Shown here piece after piece: positions 8,358 through 18,704 of a DNA stretch of 64,000 nucleotides. The notes beneath the pieces were generated by a model. The model had not been told where the DNA came from. It saw only the letters and a list, made by a program, of their open reading frames with translations, and did not search any database. The position numbers were made by a program, and so were the translations under genes. How positions within the stretch are numbered: position 1 is the stretch's first letter; every line of letters begins with the position of its first letter. Source of the stretch: a virus (taxonomy: Duplodnaviria > Caudoviricetes); IMG/VR virus record IMGVR_UViG_3300011008_000999; one strand, written 5' to 3'.

Positions 8358-9860
8358 CTATACTCCTATAAGTACTTTGAGTTCTTTAACTTTTACTGCT
8401 TTAACAACTGATCCATCAGCAAGAGTATCACCAACTTTAACAAGTTCAACCCACTGCCAAGATCCATCAGCCATTTCTACTTCTTCACAACGATCGAAGA
8501 TATATGCTCCATCATCTCTCTTATCTACATCTCTATATGTAGTCTGACCAATGAACATCTTACGAATATCTTCATTATGTGAAGGAATGTTTTGTAAGTT
8601 AAGAGGATCAGATGAACTCATACGACCAGTCTTAGCACCCATAGAATTAAAATGAGTATGTACACGACCATCAGTATGAGTAATTCCAGGAATATTATCT
8701 ACATAAGTAGAAGTAATCTTCTGAGCAGCTCTATAGTCTAAGATATGTTTAGCTATAGGATATTCTTTTGCCCAAATATCCATTACATCTGCATCAGTAC
8801 AACGATCTTTCTTACCTGGAATAGGTTTACATTTAAGAATATCATAAAATAGAATTGCAAGCTGAGTTGAAGATCCAATATTAGGTGGCATATTAAATAA
8901 CTTATCTGAATGAGTGGCATTATATTTACCAATTTCAGTTTCATGTGTCATAATCTCTTTTATACACTCATCTAATGCATTCTGAAGATTATTGTGGTAT
9001 TTCTCATGAAGAGTTGCAAGGTATTCAGTATCAACTGCAACACCTGCATCTTCAAGATCAACAATAACGTCAACCATTGGAATTTCAATATTTCTAAATA
9101 ACCAGTTAAGGTCTTTCATATCAGGTCTTTCAGACTCAATATAATTACGCTGAAACTCATAAAGCTCATAAGTATCAATAGCATCATGAGCTGCATAAAG
9201 ATACGCAAATTCAATAGGAATATAGTTAAATGATACCTGACCAAACAAATCTGAGAATGTCTGCTCATCACTATGGCTAATATATTTTCCATGTAAGTAC
9301 TTCAAACCGTGAGGTTCATTCTCATTAAGTAAGTGTCCACCTAAAAGTGTGTCCCAATAACAACCAAGTCTAATACCAACCTGATTTTTAATTACTCGAA
9401 TATCGAATTGAGCATTATGATAAATAACATCTGCAGTTAATTCTGCTAATACTTCTCTTGATTCTTCCTCTGTTAACTGCTCATCAATTCTAATATCTGA
9501 GAAATAATTTACATGATTAATTGGTACATACGTTGCAGGTTCACCTGGAAAGTATAAACACAAACCAACAATCTTATCTACTAAAGGATTAAGACCCATA
9601 GTCTCAGTATCGATTGCAATCTTACCATGTTTATTTGCTTTCTGTATATACTGTCTAAAAACATCCTTATCTGTAATAACCTGATACTGATCCCTAAACT
9701 GACCAAGATGATTATCTACATCTTGTCGAATTTTCTCAATAGTATCAATGATGTTATTACCTTTAGGAGCAGTTTTCTTAGCCGATTTAATTTTCGCAGC
9801 TAACTCTTTGTCTTGCAATGCACTTAGAGTTTCTGACTTAAATTTAATTGGTAATGGCAT
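8358..9860 (-). CDS. polA: Family A DNA polymerase, N-terminal fragment (3'-5' exonuclease + thumb) with Hint-like C-terminal tail
   Basis: AIDTET, HNAQFD, YAAHD, TGRMSS..PLNLQNIP, IRKMF; no 5'-3' exonuclease; ends TAG TGA. Confidence 0.92.
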   Translation of the reverse strand: MPLPIKFKSETLSALQDKELAAKIKSAKKTAPKGNNIIDTIEKIRQDVDNHLGQFRDQYQVITDKDVFRQYIQKANKHGKIAIDTETMGLNPLVDKIVGLCLYFPGEPATYVPINHVNYFSDIRIDEQLTEEESREVLAELTADVIYHNAQFDIRVIKNQVGIRLGCYWDTLLGGHLLNENEPHGLKYLHGKYISHSDEQTFSDLFGQVSFNYIPIEFAYLYAAHDAIDTYELYEFQRNYIESERPDMKDLNWLFRNIEIPMVDVIVDLEDAGVAVDTEYLATLHEKYHNNLQNALDECIKEIMTHETEIGKYNATHSDKLFNMPPNIGSSTQLAILFYDILKCKPIPGKKDRCTDADVMDIWAKEYPIAKHILDYRAAQKITSTYVDNIPGITHTDGRVHTHFNSMGAKTGRMSSSDPLNLQNIPSHNEDIRKMFIGQTTYRDVDKRDDGAYIFDRCEEVEMADGSWQWVELVKVGDTLADGSVVKAVKVKELKVLIGV

Positions 9861-10635
9861 TGTATCTCCTCACTTTCAAATAACTAATTGCATCATCAGG
9901 ATCAAGTAAACCTTTCTTGATCTGACTATCTAAATAAAAACAATCATTTATAATTTGTACTAATTCTTCTACAGAAAGATCTTTAGCCAACTGACTGTTG
10001 ACAGATATAATATATGGATTCATTCCTGCAGTATCTTTCTGTTTGATCTTTAGAATATTTTGACTATTAGTTGATAATAATGCCATTATACTAATAGGCG
10101 ATTCATTAACTTGCGGTAGTTTTTGTTTCTTAAAGAATGCATCAACCCAACCATATATATCACTACTATAGTCTATAAATCTATTATAAGTCATTTCAGA
10201 ATCATTGTAAACAGTTAATCCATTCTTAATTCTACCAAAATCATTATTATTTGCTTTAGCAAATTTGATAGCTTCAGCTTCAGACAAGTTACTATTCTTC
10301 ATTATATAAGGAATAAAGTTATTATCTAATTCAATAATTTGATCTTTATGCTGTTTATATGCAGCAGTTCTTTTATCTATTTCATCTGTATAGACAAAGA
10401 TAAATTCTTTACGTTCAAATATTGATTCATCAAGCTTAGGCATATAAATAACACTTAAAGTCTTTTTCTTAAAAAGCTTACCATAAGGCTTAATCTGTCC
10501 ATAAGAAACTAAGTCAGCATGAATAGCTTCCTTGAATCGACTTACATATAAATCAATCATCTCGCTGTCTATAGATACTAAACAGTATACGTTTTTAGGA
10601 TTCTTCATTGCCTCCTTAAATTCTTCTTTGTTCAT
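9844..10635 (-). CDS. Clamp loader delta (HolA)-like subunit
   Basis: Size, KNVYCL start, C-terminal LDSQIKKGLLD pattern, context. Confidence 0.55.
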   Translation of the reverse strand: MNKEEFKEAMKNPKNVYCLVSIDSEMIDLYVSRFKEAIHADLVSYGQIKPYGKLFKKKTLSVIYMPKLDESIFERKEFIFVYTDEIDKRTAAYKQHKDQIIELDNNFIPYIMKNSNLSEAEAIKFAKANNNDFGRIKNGLTVYNDSEMTYNRFIDYSSDIYGWVDAFFKKQKLPQVNESPISIMALLSTNSQNILKIKQKDTAGMNPYIISVNSQLAKDLSVEELVQIINDCFYLDSQIKKGLLDPDDAISYLKVRRYNAITN

Positions 10636-10886
10636 GTCTTACCTTTCTCAATAGCCCATTCTAAGGACTTTAATTGTTCACATTGTCTTGATTTGCACTT
10701 ATGCATTTTAGTCTGATTTCTAGTCATATATCCTTTATAATGACAACAGTATGCATAAGGTTGATTTGAATAATTACCATCTATAAGATGAAAGTCATGA
10801 TCCTGTTCAGGAACATCTTTATTATTCTGTCGTCTTCTCTTTTGTTGAGCATGACGATCTCCTCTACTGGATTTGTATTCATACAT
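10632..10886 (-). CDS. Small Cys/His-rich hypothetical protein
   Basis: ORF with RBS; YCCHYKGY...HKCKSRQC. Confidence 0.55.
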   Translation of the reverse strand: MYEYKSSRGDRHAQQKRRRQNNKDVPEQDHDFHLIDGNYSNQPYAYCCHYKGYMTRNQTKMHKCKSRQCEQLKSLEWAIEKGKT

Positions 10887-10898
10887 ATTATGTTTACC

Positions 10899-11528
10899 TC
10901 ATAATCTTTTCCATTCCTCCGATAAACCTTTCATGTCCAACTGCCAGTTAACAATAAATTGCTTTTTATTTAAAGACTTAAGATTCTTAGCAGCATTATA
11001 TTTACTACTAATAAGAAATTGTTTCTTTACATCTTCGCCATTCTTAATTCTTTCAAGTAACTTATTGCATACAACTGACATATATACATTAAGATCATAA
11101 TCATCTTTATACTCAAGTTTATCTACAGACTTAACTAATTCATCTGTAGCAAATTCAATCTGACCAATACAATCGCAGTAATGACCAATATCTACATAAG
11201 GTTCCATTCTTTCAATAATACATCTTGACTGAATAGAAGTAGGAAGATTCATTATGTTCTTACATGTGATGATAATATGATCTTCTTCATTCTCTTCAAG
11301 CATTTTAAGCATTGCACTAAAACAGGCAGGAGACCATTCATCTACATCAGCAAATACAAAGTCACCCTTGCCTATTTTTCGTATATTTTCAACTTTTCCT
11401 TCAACCCAATAAAAGTTAGGTGCCACTTCTTGTACAAGTGTCTTTTTACCACTATACTTTTGACCAACTAATATTAGATTATTAGGTAGAACTTTCAACC
11501 GTTCTAATAACTTTTCCTGTTGTATCAT
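10899..11528 (-). CDS. Clamp loader delta' (HolB)-like AAA+ subunit
   Basis: GQKYSGKKT, AMLKMLEE, LPTSIQSRC (SRC motif). Confidence 0.75.
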   Translation of the reverse strand: MIQQEKLLERLKVLPNNLILVGQKYSGKKTLVQEVAPNFYWVEGKVENIRKIGKGDFVFADVDEWSPACFSAMLKMLEENEEDHIIITCKNIMNLPTSIQSRCIIERMEPYVDIGHYCDCIGQIEFATDELVKSVDKLEYKDDYDLNVYMSVVCNKLLERIKNGEDVKKQFLISSKYNAAKNLKSLNKKQFIVNWQLDMKGLSEEWKRL

Positions 11529-11531
11529 ATT

Positions 11532-12099
11532 CTACCTCACAATATTTCTATTTTGATATTTAGTAATCTCACCAGTAACTGTGTCAATAGACATAAATGT
11601 CTGATCTCCAAATATAGAACCATCTTCATTTGTACTAAATGTATCAGTTACCCATACATTATCAAACTGCTGAATAGTTCTTACTGGTGAATGACCTACT
11701 ACTTGAATTAGCTTCATAACTTTTAGCTAGTCCAGCATGACTAAATACTACATTATCAATTTTAACTGCAAGTACAAGTTCTACAGCTCTTTCATAATTA
11801 TTGAGCATAGTTCTAATCATAGGACGATATAATTCACTATTACCAGAACACCAATCTCCAAGCATATAAGCCACTTCATGATTTCCATAACAAAATACAC
11901 TATCTCTATTCATGCATTTGAATAACATTGCACGATCGATAGTTTCTTTATATAGATCAATATAGTTTTCTTTATGCCATTCATCTACTAAATCTCCGAC
12001 AAATACTGCATTATCAAGATTAAAATGTTTTAAGATAAATTCAGCATCATCAAAGATCCAAGGTTTAAGATGAACATCTGGTATTGTAAGCACTTTCAT
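11532..12099 (-). pseudogene. Calcineurin-like metallophosphoesterase, frameshifted and probably internally deleted
   Basis: DVH, GDLVD, GNHE, SHAG in one frame; QVVGHS..DTFS in another frame right after. Confidence 0.7.
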
Positions 12100-12402
12100 G
12101 TTATACGTCCTTTTTCACCAGTGACTTCCAGAGGACTCATATATGGATATATATATAAAATATAATCCAGTTAATTAAAGTGTCCCAGAAGTCAAATCTG
12201 GATTATCCAGAGATCTCTTATTTGTGACCATTTTTCTCTTTTTCAATAATAGCTTTCTTAGACATTTCAAATAACTGGTCAAAACACATACCAGCATTTG
12301 TCTTTCCATATATTATTGACTGATCTTGTGACTGTTTAGGTTGATTAGTAAAATCACCAGTTCTACCACTTATAGGTACACCTTCTACTCTTGAATGTTC
12401 GC

Positions 12403-13308
12403 TCATACTATTAACCTCGCTATGATGATATTCTTAGGTGAATCATCATATCTAATATCCTGAAGTGTAGCCAGTAGTCTCTCAACTAAATTAAGATCTG
12501 CTCTCTTAGCAATACAATAATCAAGTAACTGACGAGTAAACTGATGAAGTTCATATCCAGAATTATACACATTCTCAATAAGTTCAATGATCTTATTAGT
12601 GTCTGAATTATTATAAGCTTCACATATATCTGCAAATATGTCAATAGATACCATATTAAGCACTTTACGTACACTATCTACAGATAAATCATCATACAAC
12701 AGACACTTATCAAGATTAGTTAAAGCCTGTCTAAGACTTCCTCTTGCAGATTTGACTAAATACTTAAGTGCTTCATCATCCATTTCAATAGATTCAAGTT
12801 TCATAATAGCCTTAAGTCTTTCAGCAATTCCTTTATTAGAAATAGGTAAGAAGTCAAGTCTTTGCACTCTACTCATAATAGTATCAGGAATCTTCTGTGT
12901 ATCAGTTGTACAAAAAACAAATATTGTACTTGGAAGATGCTCTTCAAGCACAATAAGTAAAGATGACCATCCGTCTTTAGTAATACAATGGCACTCGTCT
13001 AAAATAACTACTTTATAGTCATGAAGTAATGGTTTAATTCTCGCCTTCTCAACAATCTCTTTGATCTCGGCTACACCGCCATGAGTGGCACAGTCAAGTT
13101 CAATAATTTCACCATTTATCTTCTTAGCAAATATTTTTGCACAAGTAGTCTTTCCACAACCAGCATGTCCAGCAAATAACTGAGCATGACTGAACTTATT
13201 CTTTTTAATCTGATTTGTCAATACTCTAGTACACACTTCTTGATCGCATACATCTTCAAATTCAGTAGGACGATACTTATTTGCTAGAGTCATAAGATCT
13301 TCTGGCAT
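12403..13308 (-). CDS. dnaX: DNA polymerase III gamma/tau clamp loader ATPase
   Basis: LANKYRP..FEDV, GHAGCGKTT, ILDECH, TTDTQKIPDTIMSR, GSLRQAL; start MPEDL after RBS. Confidence 0.92.
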   Translation of the reverse strand: MPEDLMTLANKYRPTEFEDVCDQEVCTRVLTNQIKKNKFSHAQLFAGHAGCGKTTCAKIFAKKINGEIIELDCATHGGVAEIKEIVEKARIKPLLHDYKVVILDECHCITKDGWSSLLIVLEEHLPSTIFVFCTTDTQKIPDTIMSRVQRLDFLPISNKGIAERLKAIMKLESIEMDDEALKYLVKSARGSLRQALTNLDKCLLYDDLSVDSVRKVLNMVSIDIFADICEAYNNSDTNKIIELIENVYNSGYELHQFTRQLLDYCIAKRADLNLVERLLATLQDIRYDDSPKNIIIARLIV

Positions 13309-13378
13309 AGTTTCTCCTTTCAGTTTACAGTTAAAAATATGCAGATATAAAAATATACCTGCATATTCTTTGTTATAA

Positions 13379-13618
13379 TTAAATAGTCTTTCGCTCGAAA
13401 TATTCCTTGATAGATAAGTTAGCATTAGTCTTTAATTCTGCTAAATATCCATCAACGAATGACTGAAGTTCTGCTGTCTGAGTAGGAGATACTACCAAAG
13501 AGTTAGAATCACCTTCACCTAAGTGTGAACTCACATAATCAATATCACCATGAAACTTAATTGTTCCATCTACAACTAAATCATACATGATGTGATCATA
13601 AATATAGTTTAGATCCAT
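13379..13618 (-). CDS. Hypothetical protein
   Basis: ORF with RBS. Confidence 0.5.
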   Translation of the reverse strand: MDLNYIYDHIMYDLVVDGTIKFHGDIDYVSSHLGEGDSNSLVVSPTQTAELQSFVDGYLAELKTNANLSIKEYFERKTI

Positions 13619-13650
13619 AGTACTTTCCTTTCTTTTAGATTAAATAGTTC

Positions 13651-15462
13651 TTACATTACTCTTTCAAGAAGATCACATACCGTGTCGATAAATATACGGC
13701 AGTAATCATCTTCAATGATAATAACTTTTGCCTGTCTAACAGACTTTTCAATGTATCTCTGATTATCCTTATCAGATACAATAATAGTATTAGGACCATC
13801 AAAGTACTTAAATGCGGTAGTTCCATCACTATATCTATCAGGATCAGCATCACCATCAAAAAGAATGATATTATAGTTATTAGCCTGTCTCTGAGTATGT
13901 CTTCTAACTACCTGACCGATTGACGCATGGAGGCTATTACCACCAGAGCTCTGGAACTTCTTCTTAGTATTAGGCCATTCAACAACTCTAGTATTTACAG
14001 TAATTACATCGAAGTCAAAGTCCTTAGAACGAAGCTTATTAAGTGCAGAAATAAAGGTATTCATATTACCATCATTAGGGCAGAAAGAACCAGAATTATC
14101 AATGAAGAGGTTGAAGTGTACCTTAGAGAATCTACGAATGTCACCATTCACATTCTGCTGAGACCACCACTTATAATCATCTCTTCTTACAACTGCTCTA
14201 GGATTGAATACTCCAGAGTATGCAGAAATTGCTGCACCATTCTTATCATCTTCCTTAAGTTTTTCATCGATGATCTTCTTAAGTCTTCCCATAAGAGCTT
14301 CATCAGAATATACATCAAATACTGCCTCAAAAGCTTTTCTAATGAGATCATTAATCTGATCTTCAGTAAGATTAGTCTTAATGTCGTCGATCATATCTTC
14401 TACATCTTTATCAGTAAGAGTATTTGATCTCTCTGTAGGATTAGATTCATCTTCTGAATCACCGCCACTCTTATTAGCAGTATCAGAAGGATCACAATCA
14501 TCTTCAGAATCGCCGTCATCACTGTCTTCTGAATCGTCATTACTACTATCATTGCTATCGTTGTTATCAGAACCATCATTAGAAGAATCGTTATTTTCAC
14601 CATCTTCTTCATCGTCTTCAGATTCATCATCTTCACCAGAACCAGAAAACTGCTGATTTTCATCACCATCTTCATCATCATCTTCATCTTCATTCTGATT
14701 GTTATTACCGGACTGATTCTGCTGATCGTTATTCTGCTGATCATTCTGATCATTTGACTGACCATTCTGATTCTGCTGATTCTGCTGGTTTTCTTTATTC
14801 TCTTCGAAGTCTTTAACAATATCGTTATAAAGCTTTAAGATGGCTTCTACGTATTCTCTAACAATACGTTTTTCTTTATCAACAGCATCACTGTGATGCC
14901 AGTAAGTATTATCTTTATGAAACTCTTCATCACCAAAAGATCTGTTAATCTGTGCATACTTTCTAATGATCTGACCTACACGATCAACAAACTGCTTCTT
15001 ACCTTTATGGTAACGAACTACATTATAGAATGCAGAATCTGCATCTTTAGGTTCAGTAGTTCCATCATAGTTATTGAGGAAAATGATATTCTTCTTAAAG
15101 TTAGTATTCATGTATCTGTGAGCGAAAATAGTCTCAATTCTCTCATCTTCAAATACATTGATTGTTGTATGGTTACGAGAACCACTTGCATCCCACAGAC
15201 AATTAGGAGTAAGAACTACGTGTGAAATCTCATGGTAAAGAAGACCACGAACAACTTCCTCAGTGTCAACATCATATTTTCCATCAGTCACTTTTACAAA
15301 AGCTTCAGCAATAAGACCGTAACCAATAGTGATCTTATCTTCAAGAGGTGAATAATATGACATCATTCCTTTAGAAAGTTCTACAGGAATACTTCTCTTA
15401 ATATAATATCCGATAGGAAGTGTATCAAGAATATGTTTTACTGTATCGAAAGAAACGTTCAT
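13651..15462 (-). CDS. Metallopeptidase-like (HExxH) / acidic linker / VWA protein, probable MoxR partner
   Basis: LLYHEISH, NVFEDERIE, Q/N- and D/E/S-rich linker, MIDAS-like FIDNSGS and ILFDGD. Confidence 0.8.
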   Translation of the reverse strand: MNVSFDTVKHILDTLPIGYYIKRSIPVELSKGMMSYYSPLEDKITIGYGLIAEAFVKVTDGKYDVDTEEVVRGLLYHEISHVVLTPNCLWDASGSRNHTTINVFEDERIETIFAHRYMNTNFKKNIIFLNNYDGTTEPKDADSAFYNVVRYHKGKKQFVDRVGQIIRKYAQINRSFGDEEFHKDNTYWHHSDAVDKEKRIVREYVEAILKLYNDIVKDFEENKENQQNQQNQNGQSNDQNDQQNNDQQNQSGNNNQNEDEDDDEDGDENQQFSGSGEDDESEDDEEDGENNDSSNDGSDNNDSNDSSNDDSEDSDDGDSEDDCDPSDTANKSGGDSEDESNPTERSNTLTDKDVEDMIDDIKTNLTEDQINDLIRKAFEAVFDVYSDEALMGRLKKIIDEKLKEDDKNGAAISAYSGVFNPRAVVRRDDYKWWSQQNVNGDIRRFSKVHFNLFIDNSGSFCPNDGNMNTFISALNKLRSKDFDFDVITVNTRVVEWPNTKKKFQSSGGNSLHASIGQVVRRHTQRQANNYNIILFDGDADPDRYSDGTTAFKYFDGPNTIIVSDKDNQRYIEKSVRQAKVIIIEDDYCRIFIDTVCDLLERVM

Positions 15463-15507
15463 GTTAATACCTCCATAAATAAATCATGTATCATTTATTA
15501 TGGTTTT

Positions 15508-15540
15508 ATTATAACACGAACGTTTCACAATGTAAATAGT
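15508..15540 (-). promoter_or_regulatory. Conserved promoter ACTATTTACA-N17-TATAAT
   Basis: Consensus motif. Confidence 0.85.
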
Positions 15541-15555
15541 TTTTATTCAATTTTG

Positions 15556-16086
15556 TTAAATAAAATATTTAGTTGGAACTTCTTTTGTAAGCCATACACC
15601 ATTTACAGATAAATAAAACTTATATCCATCTTTATACATCTGTTCTGAGTTGATAGTATAAATAAAAGGTGATCCGTGTCTTTTACCAACCTTTGTAGCT
15701 GTAGTCTTATCTTTTGATAAATGTACGTAAAGTCTAGACTTAGGTCTAAGACCTTGTCTATTGATAGAATTTACATACTTCATACCAGTTCCATGATAAA
15801 GAACCTTTGGTGGCTCTTTCTCTTCAAGTTCTACATCTACAGGAATAGAATGTCCTTGATTAGCTCGAATAAGAGTCTTATCTTCGTTAAAAGAATATCT
15901 CTGCTTGTTATCAGTTTGAACTATCTTTTCCAGTTCAGACATTCCAAATCCTTTATATTGTTTTGCTATACCAGCAATAAGCTCATCGACATTTGCCCAA
16001 CCATGTTCATCAAGAGTGATTCCGATTTCTTCTGGCTTATGTCGAAGAATCATACTAATAAACTTTGAAATTGTATCTAAATTCAT
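15556..16086 (-). CDS. kptA: RNA 2'-phosphotransferase (Tpt1/KptA)
   Basis: [40 protein letters not shown]. Confidence 0.95.
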   Translation of the reverse strand: MNLDTISKFISMILRHKPEEIGITLDEHGWANVDELIAGIAKQYKGFGMSELEKIVQTDNKQRYSFNEDKTLIRANQGHSIPVDVELEEKEPPKVLYHGTGMKYVNSINRQGLRPKSRLYVHLSKDKTTATKVGKRHGSPFIYTINSEQMYKDGYKFYLSVNGVWLTKEVPTKYFI

Positions 16087-16100
16087 TTTATGTTACCTCG

Positions 16101-16880
16101 TTATTCTATAGCTGATGCATCTACATTAAATGCATATTCCTTAATAACTTCATCTATAGAACAAAGTTGTATGTAGTCCTTATTCTCTTCATAGTCATTT
16201 TTATCAATATACACAAGTACTCCATTAGAATAAAGTAAAGTTACATGCTCAGTGTTAGGTGATTTTATTACTTTATCAAGAGTGACTTTAGACACATCAA
16301 TTTTACCACTAGTTAAAGAAGGAGATACCTTCTTTTGTGCATCTCTATATTCATTTTCAGTCAAGCCATCATGAGATGCCTTATATAGCTCATCTACAAA
16401 TGGATTTTTATTTTCAGGTACTGATCCTAACTTTATTCTAGTTTTATTAGTTTCACTATTGTGCATAAATCCCTCTATAGCTATTTTAGGTTTTCCAGTA
16501 GAATAATCTAATTTTACTTTAGCACTATAATTTTGACCAGTCTTAAGAGACTTAAAATCATTTCTGGTTATAATTCCACCTGACTCGAGAATATTCTTTT
16601 CTTCGTCAGTAAAAGTCACACCACTAAACCCTGGAGGACATTCATACTTCCAAGCAGGCGCAAATCCTAAGAATGTATGTCCTTCATGTGTCTGCATTAT
16701 AAGTTTACCACGTAGTTCTGAAAATTCTCTACCAGATGAAGATTTATAAGGAAATGATATAGTCTCACCATTAGCAAGACGCTCGCATTCGTTAATTGAA
16801 AATTCTTTCTGTCCCCACTTACGACAAAATGATACAGGTTCACCAGTATTCTTATTTTTTCCAACATACATTGACGACAT
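16101..16880 (-). CDS. Protein with topoisomerase-C-terminal-type repeats
   Basis: Two repeats: F(S/T)..E...L..G..I....(K)S..G..(F/Y)S. Confidence 0.55.
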   Translation of the reverse strand: MSSMYVGKNKNTGEPVSFCRKWGQKEFSINECERLANGETISFPYKSSSGREFSELRGKLIMQTHEGHTFLGFAPAWKYECPPGFSGVTFTDEEKNILESGGIITRNDFKSLKTGQNYSAKVKLDYSTGKPKIAIEGFMHNSETNKTRIKLGSVPENKNPFVDELYKASHDGLTENEYRDAQKKVSPSLTSGKIDVSKVTLDKVIKSPNTEHVTLLYSNGVLVYIDKNDYEENKDYIQLCSIDEVIKEYAFNVDASAIE

Positions 16881-16909
16881 AATATAATACCTCTAAATAT
16901 ATTTATATC

Positions 16910-16942
16910 ATTATAACATAGTGAGAACAATCTGTAAATAGT
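16910..16942 (-). promoter_or_regulatory. Conserved promoter ACTATTTACA-N17-TATAAT
   Basis: Consensus motif overlapping the upstream stop codon. Confidence 0.85.
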
Positions 16943-17472
16943 TATTGATCACCATATCTAAACTTTTTTGCAGGTTTTTCTACTAACGCACAAATAGGTA
17001 AACTAATTACTATTACAAACGCATCAGATATAAATGAAGTCATATTCTTAGCAAATCTTACTACAAATGGTTGACTTACTACAAAACTATCAATAAGGGA
17101 TTTAATAAGTTCTATTCCTATAAAAGATGCTATAATAGCAACTAATGCAGTTAAGATCACTTGTACAGTTTTATTTTTGATCTTTTGAATAAATTTAAGA
17201 GTCATTCCAATTATAAGACCTATTACTATATTACCAGCTGCCCAACCTGGCATACCATTAAAACCAAGTCCACCGATAATACAGTATAGAATTACTCCAA
17301 GACATCCTATAATTGCTCCTTCATACCATTTGAAACACCAGATATATACAGTCATAACTATATATCCTAAACATAAATAATAGTTCTCAAATACTGGTAC
17401 TCTGAGACACATAGATAAAGCCACAAATAATGCCAAACCAATTGCTATAAATGTAATATCTTTTGTTTTCAT
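16942..17472 (-). CDS. ECF transporter S component
   Basis: MKTKDITFIAIGLALFVAL start; ~6 TM helices; 176 aa. Confidence 0.75.
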   Translation of the reverse strand: MKTKDITFIAIGLALFVALSMCLRVPVFENYYLCLGYIVMTVYIWCFKWYEGAIIGCLGVILYCIIGGLGFNGMPGWAAGNIVIGLIIGMTLKFIQKIKNKTVQVILTALVAIIASFIGIELIKSLIDSFVVSQPFVVRFAKNMTSFISDAFVIVISLPICALVEKPAKKFRYGDQ

Positions 17473-17476
17473 TATA

Positions 17477-17905
17477 TTATCCTCTTACTTTTAGTTTAAT
17501 TTCGTCACGAACTTCCATAAGTATTTTGCCAAGAAGATTTTGTCCTTCACCATTTACTTGTCCCCAAACCTTATCGCCCCAGTTATTACCTTCAACTAAT
17601 TCTTCATCTTTAGTATTAAGTAACTCAACGGTGAGATTTGGATGCTGTGTAAATTTAGCAAATACAATCTTTCGCATAAGACCGACCTTAACATCTTCCC
17701 AGTCAGATCTAAGCTTAATTTTTCTACCCATCTTTTTAGCTGTAGTCGGATCTAACTCACTGAATTTCTTTCGATCCTCTGGATCAATACACTTTTGAGC
17801 CTGAAAAGCAGCTTCATTATTTCTGTATCTTACATTATCAAAAATAATTGGCGCTTCATAAAAATTAGATAAGAAAAAGTACTTGTTTCTGAAACTAGTA
17901 ATCAT
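17477..17905 (-). CDS. NADAR (YbiA-like) hydrolase
   Basis: FLSNFY, EAAFQAQK, KFTQH, LVEGNNWGDKVWG, GQNLLGKILM. Confidence 0.92.
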   Translation of the reverse strand: MITSFRNKYFFLSNFYEAPIIFDNVRYRNNEAAFQAQKCIDPEDRKKFSELDPTTAKKMGRKIKLRSDWEDVKVGLMRKIVFAKFTQHPNLTVELLNTKDEELVEGNNWGDKVWGQVNGEGQNLLGKILMEVRDEIKLKVRG

Positions 17906-17916
17906 AAGATCACCTC

Positions 17917-18693
17917 CTATTCTGCTAAATTTTTAATATATTCCTCGTATGGATCTCCATACGGAAGTTCATAATTAACTTCTGCTACTCTACGTTTAGT
18001 CATAACAGTTTCTTTAGTTTTAGGATTATAACCTTCACGATCTACTTCAGTAAATACAATACCAACTCCTCTTTTTTGCCAAGCAGGAAGATCGTTAAAA
18101 TTGATTCCATTCTGGAAAAGTAGTTCATTCTTAAAGGCATTACCTTGACCAGAAAGAATTGAAGTAGCCTTACGTTTAGATTCGTTATTTTTTCTAAGAG
18201 TCCAATAACACCAACCATTAAGTGAGTTTCTACATGCATCTTCCTGTCTCCATCTAAAATATTGACCTACAATATCAAGATTAGGAAGTGGACATACTCT
18301 ACTATCAAAAGAAGCAATTACATCAATTCCAAGTCTCTTATAAAGTTCTTTAGTAAAGTATGCACTTGCTTCACCAGCAAGAGTGGTATTGATCTTTCTG
18401 ATCTTACGACCAAAAGTGTTATCATCTAATCTGAGAAGAATTGACATCTCATCACTCTCAGTAAAACCATATACAGTCTGGAAACCACTATTTTCCATAA
18501 GATATTTAAGAGTATCTACCATAAGATCTCTAAATCTCTCATCAAAAGGCGCCTCAAACTTACAAGTTTCTTTAGTAAGTTTAGTAAAACTTCTGCCATC
18601 AAGTCTTACTACAATATACATATTCGGTGCAACCCACATATCGAGTGATTGCTCGTATGCTCTCATTGCTCCATCTAAATCATCAAATTTCAT
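17917..18693 (-). CDS. tRNA(His) guanylyltransferase Thg1-like protein
   Basis: VRLDGRSF, ESDEMS, FDSR, YFRWRQEDA.RNSLN, GINFNDLPAWQKRG. Confidence 0.93.
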   Translation of the reverse strand: MKFDDLDGAMRAYEQSLDMWVAPNMYIVVRLDGRSFTKLTKETCKFEAPFDERFRDLMVDTLKYLMENSGFQTVYGFTESDEMSILLRLDDNTFGRKIRKINTTLAGEASAYFTKELYKRLGIDVIASFDSRVCPLPNLDIVGQYFRWRQEDACRNSLNGWCYWTLRKNNESKRKATSILSGQGNAFKNELLFQNGINFNDLPAWQKRGVGIVFTEVDREGYNPKTKETVMTKRRVAEVNYELPYGDPYEEYIKNLAE

Positions 18694-18704
18694 AATAATT
18701 CTCC

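Noticed and set aside
14381-14819. Ser-rich and Met-rich alternative-frame ORFs, apparent repeats
   Set aside because: By-products of the low-complexity GAT/GAA/CAG linker in the VWA gene
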